Source: Auanema rhodensis
Taxonomy: Eukaryota; Animalia; Nematoda
NCBI GenBank assembly: GCA_964057225.1
Contig: CAXKVF010000090.1
Span: 1 to 64,000 of the forward strand
Direction of reading: 5' to 3'
DNA: 64,000 nucleotides
In this document: positions 55,069 through 64,000 of the stretch, in pieces
How the letters are laid out: the number at the start of each line of letters is the position of its first letter
How positions within the stretch are numbered: position 1 is the first letter of the stretch
Notes under the pieces: model-generated
Database searches by the model: none
Seen by the model: the letters and a program-made list of their open reading frames with translations, nothing else
Told to the model about the DNA's origin: nothing
Position numbers and translations under genes: made by a program

Positions 55069-58000
55069 GATGTGCACTTGGTATGTAACTCGCTTCACGT
55101 GAAAGATAAAGAGATGCGGTTTTCAAAATTAGATTCCCCATGTCCATATTAGTCTAAAAACAAATTTTTATTGATATTGGTTCATGGTAACCATGACTTT
55201 GAAATTTACGTGAACTTTAATTTATGCTAATTAAATGTACACGTGATGTGCACTTGGTATGTAACTCGCTTCACGTGAAAGATAAAGAGATGCGGTTTTC
55301 AAAATTAGATTCCCCATGTCCATATTAGTCTAAAAACAAATTTTTATTGATATTGGTTCATGGTAACCATGACTTTGAAATTTACGTGAACTTTAATTTA
55401 TACTAATTAAATGTACACGTGATGTGCACTTGGTATGTAACTCGCTTCACGTGAAAGATAAAGAGATGCGGTTTTCAAAATTAGATTCCCCATGTCCATA
55501 TTAGTCTAAAAACAAATTTTTATTGATATTGGTTCATGGTAACCATGACTTTGAAATTTACGTGAACTTTAATTTATGCTAATTAAATGTACACGTGATG
55601 TGCACTTGGTATGTAACTCGCTTCACGTGAAAGATAAAGAGATGCGGTTTTCAAAATTAGATTCCCCATGTCCATATTAGTCTAAAAACAAATTTTTATT
55701 GATATTGGTTCATGGTAACCATGACTTTGAAATTTACGTGAACTTTAATTTATGCTAATTAAATGTACACGTGATGTGCACTTGGTATGTAACTCGCTTC
55801 ACGTGAGAGATAAAGAGATGCGGTTTTCAAAATTAGATTCTCCATGTCCATATTAGTCTAAAAACAAATTTTTATTGATATTGGTTCATGGTAACCATGA
55901 CTTTGAAATTTACGTGAACTTTAATTTATGCTAATTAAATGTACACGTGATGAGCACTTGGTATGTAACTCGCTTCACGTGAAAGATAAAAAGATGCGGT
56001 TTTCAAAATTAGATTCCCCATGTCCATATTAGTCTAAAAACAAATTTTTATTGATATTGGTGCATGGTAACCATGACTTTGAAATTTACGTGAACTTTAA
56101 TTTATGCTAATTAAATGTACACTTGATGTGCACTTGGTATGTAACTCGCTTCACGTGAAAGATAAAGAGATGCGGTTTTCAAAATTAGATTCCCCATGTC
56201 CATATTAGTCTAAAAACAAATTTTTATTGATATTGGTTCATGGTAACCATGACTTTGAAATTTACGTGAACTTTAATTTATGCTAATTAAATGTACACGT
56301 GATGTGCACTTGGTATGTAACTCGCTTCACGTGAAAGATAAAGAGATGCGGTTTTCAAAATTAGATTCCCCATGTCCATATTAGTCTAAAAACAAATTTT
56401 TATTGATATTGGTGCATGGTAACCATGACTTTGAAATTTACGTGAACTTTAATTTATGCTAATTAAATGTACACGTGATGTGCACTTGGTATGTAACTCG
56501 CTTCACGTGAAAGATAAAGAGATGCGGTTTTCAAAATTAGATTACCCATGTCCATATTAGTCTAAAAACAAATTTTTATTGATATTGGTTCATGGTAACC
56601 ATGACTTTGAAATTTACGTGAACTTTAATTTATGCTAATTAAATGTACACGTGATGTGCACTTGGTATGTAACTCGCTTCACGTGAAAGATAAAGAGATG
56701 CGGTTTTCAAAATTAGATTCCCCATGTCCATATTAGTCTAAAAACAAATTTTTATTGATATTGGTTCATGGTAACCATGACTTTGAAATTTACGTGAACT
56801 TTAATTTATGCTAATTAAATGTACACGTGATGTGCACTTGGTATGTAACTCGCTTCACGTGAAAGATAAAGAGATGCGGTTTTCAAAATTAGATTCCCCA
56901 TGTCCATATTAGTCTAAAAACAAATTTTTATTGATATTGGTTCATGGTAACCATGACTTTGAAATTTACGTGAACTTTAATTTATGCTAATTAATTGTAC
57001 ACGTGATGTGCACTTGGTATGTAACTCGCTTCACGTGAAAGATAAAGAGATGCGGTTTTCAAAATTAGATTCCCCATGTCCATATTAGTCTAAAAACAAA
57101 TTTTTATTGATATTGGTTCATGGTAACCATGACTTTGAAATTTACGTGAACTTTAATTTATACTAATTAAATGTACACGTGATGTGCACTTGGTATGTAA
57201 CTCGCTTCACGTGAAAGATAAAGAGATGCGGTTTTCAAAATTAGATTCCCCATGTCCATATTAGTCTAAAAACAAATTTTTATTGATATTGGTTCATGGT
57301 AACCATGACTTTGAAATTTACGTGAACTTTAATTTATGCTAATTAAATGTACACGTGATGTGCACTTGGTATGTAACTCGCTTCACGTGAAAGATAAAGA
57401 GATGCGGTTTTCAAAATTAGATTCCCCATGTCCATATTAGTCTAAAAACAAATTTTTATTGATATTGGTTCATGGTAACCATGACTTTGAAATTTACGTG
57501 AACTTTAATTTATGCTAATTAAATGTACACGTGATGTGCACTTGGTATGTAACTCGCTTCACGTGAGAGATAAAGAGATGCGGTTTTCAAAATTAGATTC
57601 TCCATGTCCATATTAGTCTAAAAACAAATTTTTATTGATATTGGTTCATGGTAACCATGACTTTGAAATTTACGTGAACTTTAATTTATGCTAATTAAAT
57701 GTACACGTGATGTGCACTTGGTATGTAACTCGCTTCACGTGAAAGATAAAGAGATGCGGTTTTCAAAATTAGATTCTCCATGTCCATATTAGTCTAAAAA
57801 CAAATTTTTATTGATATTGGTTCATGGTAACCATGACTTTGAAATTTACGTGAACTTTAATTTATGCTAATTAAATGTACACGTGATGTGCACTTGGTAT
57901 GTAACTCGCTTCACGTGAAAGATAAAGAGATGCGGTTTTCAAAATTAGATTCCCCATGTCCATATTAGTCTAAAAACAAATTTTTATTGATATTGGTGCA

Positions 58001-61000
58001 TGGTAACCATGACTTTGAAATTTACGTGAACTTTAATTTATGCTAATTAAATGTACACGTGATGTGCACTTGGTATGTAACTCGCTTCACGTGAAAGATA
58101 AAGAGATGCGGTTTTCAAAATTAGATTACCCATGTCCATATTAGTCTAAAAACAAATTTTTATTGATATTGGTTCATGGTAACCATGACTTTGAAATTTA
58201 CGTGAACTTTAATTTATGCTAATTAAATGTACACGTGATGTGCACTTGGTATGTAACTCGCTTCACGTGAAAGATAAAGAGATGCGGTTTTCAAAATTAG
58301 ATTCCCCATGTCCATATTAGTCTAAAAACAACTTTTTATTGATATTGGTGCATGGTAACCATGACTTTGAAATTTACGTGAACTTCAATTTATGCTAATT
58401 AAATGTACACGTGATGTGCACTTGGTATGTAACTCGCTTCACGTGAAAGATAAAGAGATGCGGTTTTCAAAATTAGATTCCCCATGTCCATATTAGTCTA
58501 AAAACAAATTTTTATTGATATTGGTGCATGGTAACCATGACTTTGAATTTTACGTGAACTTTAATTTATGCTAATTAAATGTACACGTGATGTGCACTTG
58601 GTATGTAACTCGCTTCACGTGAAAGATAAAGAGATGCGGTTTTCAAAATTAGATTCCCCATGTCCATATTAGTCTAAAAACAAATTTTTATTGATATTGG
58701 TGCATGGTAACCATGACTTTGAAATTTACGTGAACTTTAATTTATGCTAATTAAATGTACACGTGATGTGCACTTGGTATGTAACTCGCTTCACGTGAAA
58801 GATAAAGAGATGCGGTTTTCAAAATTAGATTACCCATGTCCATATTAGTCTAAAAACAAATTTTTATTGATATTGGTTCATGGTAACCATGACTTTGAAA
58901 TTTACGTGAACTTTAATTTATGCTAATTAAATGTACACGTGATGTGCACTTGGTATGTAACTCGCTTCACGTGAAAGATAAAGAGATGCGGTTTTCAAAA
59001 TTAGATTCCCCATGTCCATATTAGTCTAAAAACAAATTTTTATTGATATTGGTTCATGGTAACCATGACTTTGAAATTTACGTGAACTTTAATTTATGCT
59101 AATTAAATGTACACGTGATGTGCACTTGGTATGTAACTCGCTTCACGTGAAAGATAAAGAGATGCGGTTTTCAAAATTAGATTCTCCATGTCCATATTAG
59201 TCTAAAAACAAATTTTTATTGATATTGGTTCATGGTAACCATGACTTTGAAATTTACGTGAACTTTAATTTATGCTAATTAAATGTACACGTGATGTGCA
59301 CTTGGTATGTAACTCGCTTCACGTGAAAGATAAAGAGATGCGGTTTTCAAAATTAGATTACCCATGTCCATATTAGTCTAAAAACAAATTTTTATTGATA
59401 TTGGTTCATGGTAACCATGACTTTGAAATTTACGTGAACTTTAATTTATGCTAATTAAATGTACACGTGATGTGCACTTGGTATGTAACTCGCTTCACGT
59501 GAAAGATAAAGAGATGCGGTTTTCAAAATTAGATTACCCATGTCCATATTAGTCTAAAAACAAATTTTTATTGATATTGGTTCATGGTAACCATGACTTT
59601 GAAATTTACGTGAACTTTAATTTATGCTAATTAAATGTACACGTGATGTGCACTTGGTATGTAACTCGCTTCACGTGAAAGATAAAGAGATGCGGTTTTC
59701 AAAATTAGATTCCCCATGTCCATATTAGTCTAAAAACAAATTTTTATTGATATTGGTTCATGGTAACCATGACTTTGAAATTTACGTGAACTTTAATTTA
59801 TGCTAATTAAATGTACACGTGATGTGCACTTGGTATGTAACTCGCTTCACGTGAAAGATAAAGAGATGCGGTTTTCAAAATTAGATTCTCCATGTCCATA
59901 TTAGTCTAAAAACAAATTTTTATTGATATTGGTTCATGGTAACCATGACTTTGAAATTTACGTGAACTTTAATTTATGCTAATTAAATGTACACGTGATG
60001 TGCACTTGGTATGTAACTCGCTTCACGTGAAAGATAAAGAGATGCGGTTTTCAAAATTAGATTACCCATGTCCATATTAGTCTAAAAACAAATTTTTATT
60101 GATATTGGTTCATGGTAACCATGACTTTGAAATTTACGTGAACTTTAATTTATGCTAATTAAATGTACACGTGATGTGCACTTGGTATGTAACTCGCTTC
60201 ACGTGAAAGATAAAGAGATGCGGTTTTCAAAATTAGATTCCCCATGTCCATATTAGTCTAAAAACAAATTTTTATTGATATTGGTTCATGGTAACCATGA
60301 CTTTGAAATTTACGTGAACTTTAATTTATGCTAATTAAATGTACACGTGATGTGCACTTGGTATGTAACTCGCTTCACGTGAAAGATAAAGAGATGCGGT
60401 TTTCAAAATTAGATTCCCCATGTCCATATTAGTCTAAAAACAACTTTTTATTGATATTGGTGCATGGTAACCATGACTTTGAAATTTACGTGAACTTTAA
60501 TTTATGCTAATTAAATGTACACGTGATGTGCACTTGGTATGTAACTCGCTTCACGTGAAAGATAAAGAGATGCGGTTTTCAAAATTAGATTCCCCATGTC
60601 CATATTAGTCTAAAAACAAATTTTTATTGATATTGGTTCATGGTAACCATGACTTTGAAATTTACGTGAACTTTAATTTATGCTAATTAAATGTACACGT
60701 GATGTGCACTTGGTATGTAACTCGCTTCACGTGAAAGATAAAGAGATGCGGTTTTCAAAATTAGATTACCCATGTCCATATTAGTCTAAAAACAAATTTT
60801 TATTGATATTGGTTCATGGTAACCATGACTTTGAAATTTACGTGAACTTTAATTTATGCTAATTAAATGTACACGTGATGTGCACTTGGTATGTAACTCG
60901 CTTCACGTGAAAGATAAAGAGATGCGGTTTTCAAAATTAGATTCCCCATGTCCATATTAGTCTAAAAACAAATTTTTATTGATATTGGTTCATGGTAACC

Positions 61001-64000
61001 ATGACTTTGAAATTTACGTGAACTTTAATTTATGCTAATTAAATGTACACGTGATGTGCACTTGGTATGTAACTCGCTTCACGTGAAAGATAAAGAGATG
61101 CGGTTTTCAAAATTAGATTCCCCATGTCCATATTAGTCTAAAAACAACTTTTTATTGATATTGGTGCATGGTAACCATGACTTTGAAATTTACGTGAACT
61201 TTAATTTATGCTAATTAAATGTACACGTGATGTGCACTTGGTATGTAACTCGCTTCACGTGAAAGATAAAGAGATGCGGTTTTCAAAATTAGATTCCCCA
61301 TGTCCATATTAGTCTAAAAACAAATTTTTATTGATATTGGTGCATGGTAACCATGACTTTGAATTTTACGTGAACTTTAATTTATGCTAATTAAATGTAC
61401 ACGTGATGTGCACTTGGTATGTAACTCGCTTCACGTGAAAGATAAAGAGATGCGGTTTTCAAAATTAGATTCCCCATGTCCATATTAGTCTAAAAACAAA
61501 TTTTTATTGATATTGGTGCATGGTAACCATGACTTTGAAATTTACGTGAACTTTAATTTATGCTAATTAAATGTACACGTGATGTGCACTTGGTATGTAA
61601 CTCGCTTCACGTGAAAGATAAAGAGATGCGGTTCTCAAAATTAGATTCCCCATGTCCATATTAGTCTAAAAACAAATTTTTATTGATATTGGTTCATGGT
61701 AACCATGACTTTGAAATTTACGTGAACTTTAATTTATGCTAATTAAATGTACACGTGATGTGCACTTGGTATGTAACTCGCTTCACGTGAAAGATAAAGA
61801 GATGCGGTTTTCAAAATTAGATTCCCCATGTCCATATTAGTCTAAAAACAAATTTTTATTGATATTGGTGCATGGTAACCATGACTTTGAATTTTACGTG
61901 AACTTTAATTTATGCTAATTAAATGTACACGTGATGTGCACTTGGTATGTAACTCGCTTCACGTGAAAGATAAAGAGATGCGGTTTTCAAAATTAGATTC
62001 CCCATGTCCATATTAGTCTAAAAACAAATTTTTATTGATATTGGTGAATGGTAACCATGACTTTGAAATTTACGTGAACTTTAATTTATGCTAATTAAAT
62101 GTACACGTGATGTGCACTTGATATGTAACTCGCTTCACGTGAAAGATAAAGAGATGCGGTTTTCAAAATTAGATTCCCCATGTCCATATTAGTCTAAAAA
62201 CAAATTTTTATTGATATTGGTTCATGGTAACCATGACTTTGAAATTTACGTGAACTTTAATTTATGCTAATTAAATGTACACGTGATGTGCACTTGGTAT
62301 GTAACTCGCTTCACGTGAAAGATAAAGAGATGCGGTTTTCAAAATTAGATTCCCCATGTCCATATTAGTCTAAAAACAAATTTTTATTGATATAGGTTCA
62401 TGGTAACCATGACTTTGAAATTTACGTGAACTTTAATTTATGCTAATTAAATGTACACGTGATGTGCACTTGGTATGTAACTCGCTTCACGTGAAAGATA
62501 AAGAGATGCGGTTTTTAAAATTAGATTACCCATGTCCATATTAGTCTAAAAACAAATTTTTATTGATATTGGTTCATGGTAACCATGACTTTGAAATTTA
62601 CGTGAACTTTAATTTATGCTAATTAAATGTACACGTGATGTGCACTTGGTATGTAACTCGCTTCACGTGAAAGAAAAAGAGATGCGGTTTTCAAAATTAG
62701 ATTCGCCATGTCCATATTAGTCTAAAAACAAATTTTTATTGATATTGGTTCATGGTAACCATGACTTTGAAATTTACGTGAACTTTAATTTATGCTAATT
62801 AAATGTACACGTGATGTGCACTTGGTATGTAACTCGCTTCACGTGAAAGACAAAGAGATGCGGTTTTCAAAATTAGATTCTTCATGTCCATATTAGTCTA
62901 AAAACAAATTTTTATTGATATTGCTTCATGGTAACCATGACTTTGAAATTTACGTGAACTTTAATTTATGCTAATTAAATGTACACGTGATGTGCACTTG
63001 GTATGTAACTCGCTTCACGTGAAAGATAAAGAGATGCGGTTTTCAAAATTAGATTCCCCATGTCCATATTAGTCTAAAAACAAATTTTTATTGATATTGG
63101 TGCATGGTAACCATGACTTTGAAATTTACGTGAACTTTAATTTATGCTAATTGAATGTACACGTGATGTGCACTTGGTATGTAACTCGCTTCACGTGAAA
63201 GATAAAGAGATGCGGTTTTCAAAATTAGATTCCCCATGTCCATATTAGTCTAAAAACAAATTTTTATTGATATTGCTTCATGGTAACCATGACTTTGAAA
63301 TTTACGTGAACTTTAATTTATGCTAATTAAATGTACACGTGATGTGCACTTGGTATGTAACTCGCTTCACGTGAAAGATAAAGAGATGCGGTTTTCAAAA
63401 TTAGATTCCCCATGTCCATATTAGTCTAAAAACAAATTTTTATTGATATTGGTGCATGGTAACCATGACTTTGAAATTTACGTGAACTTTAATTTATGCT
63501 AATTAAATGTACACGTGATGTGCACTTGGTATGTAACTCGCTTCACGTGAAAGATAAAGAGATGCGGTTTTCAAAATTAGATTCCCCATGTCCATATTAG
63601 TCTAAAAACAAATTTTTATTGAAATTGGTTCATGGTAACCATGACTTTGAAATTTACGTGAACTTTAATTTATGCTAATTAAATGTACACGTGATATGCA
63701 CTTGGTATGTAACTCGCTTCACGTGAAAGATAAAGAGATGCGGTTTTCAAAATTAGATTCCCCATGTCCATATTAGTCTAAAAACAAATTTTTATTGATA
63801 TTGGTGCATGGTAACCATGACTTTGAAATTTACGTGAACTTTAATTTATGCTAATTAAATGTACACGTGATGTGCACTTGGTATGTAACTCGCTTCACGT
63901 GAAAGATAAAGAGATGCGGTTTTCAAAATTAGATTACCCATGTCCATATTAGTCTAAAAACAAATTTTTATTGATATTGGTTCATGGTAACCATGACTTT
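55064..64000. repeat. 176-bp satellite array, right arm (~51 monomers), same orientation and phase as the left arm
   Basis: The satellite resumes at CACGTGATGTGCAC (55064), the monomer position where it was interrupted at 50194-50198, and continues to the window end. Confidence 0.99.

Noticed and set aside
1-64000. Calling the satellite centromeric or germline-eliminated DNA
   Set aside because: Monomer length and homogeneity are compatible, but sequence alone cannot show this. It needs CENP-A mapping or germline versus soma coverage.

Overview
Eukaryotic heterochromatin-type window. About 59 kb of the 64 kb is one head-to-tail, AT-rich, highly homogeneous 176-bp satellite array (about 285 monomers in 1-50198 and about 51 in 55064-64000). 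The array is interrupted once, inside a CACGTG site and without loss of monomer phase, by an apparently intact ~4.87-kb non-LTR retrotransposon on the minus strand (50199-55063). The element is CR1-like: ORF1 with coiled coil plus RRM-like region, ORF2 with APE endonuclease plus reverse transcriptase. The ORF1 C-terminal motif resembles nematode CR1-type ORF1s from memory, so a nematode host is plausible but unverified. The most notable observation is that ORF2 has no in-frame AUG before or within its endonuclease domain and lies in the +1 frame of ORF1, while ORF1 ends in-frame with TCC TTT CGT TAA. This is an exact copy of the influenza PA-X-type UCC_UUU_CGU +1 ribosomal frameshift motif and predicts a 1296-aa ORF1-ORF2 fusion. 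Other points: a 15-copy 19-bp tandem array at the 5' end of the element, a 3' end with AATAAA but no poly(A) or tandem tail, hidden two-fold symmetry in the satellite monomer with dyads 88 bp apart, phased ACGTGA cores, and local higher-order duplications in the array. All positions were read by eye; no searches were run.
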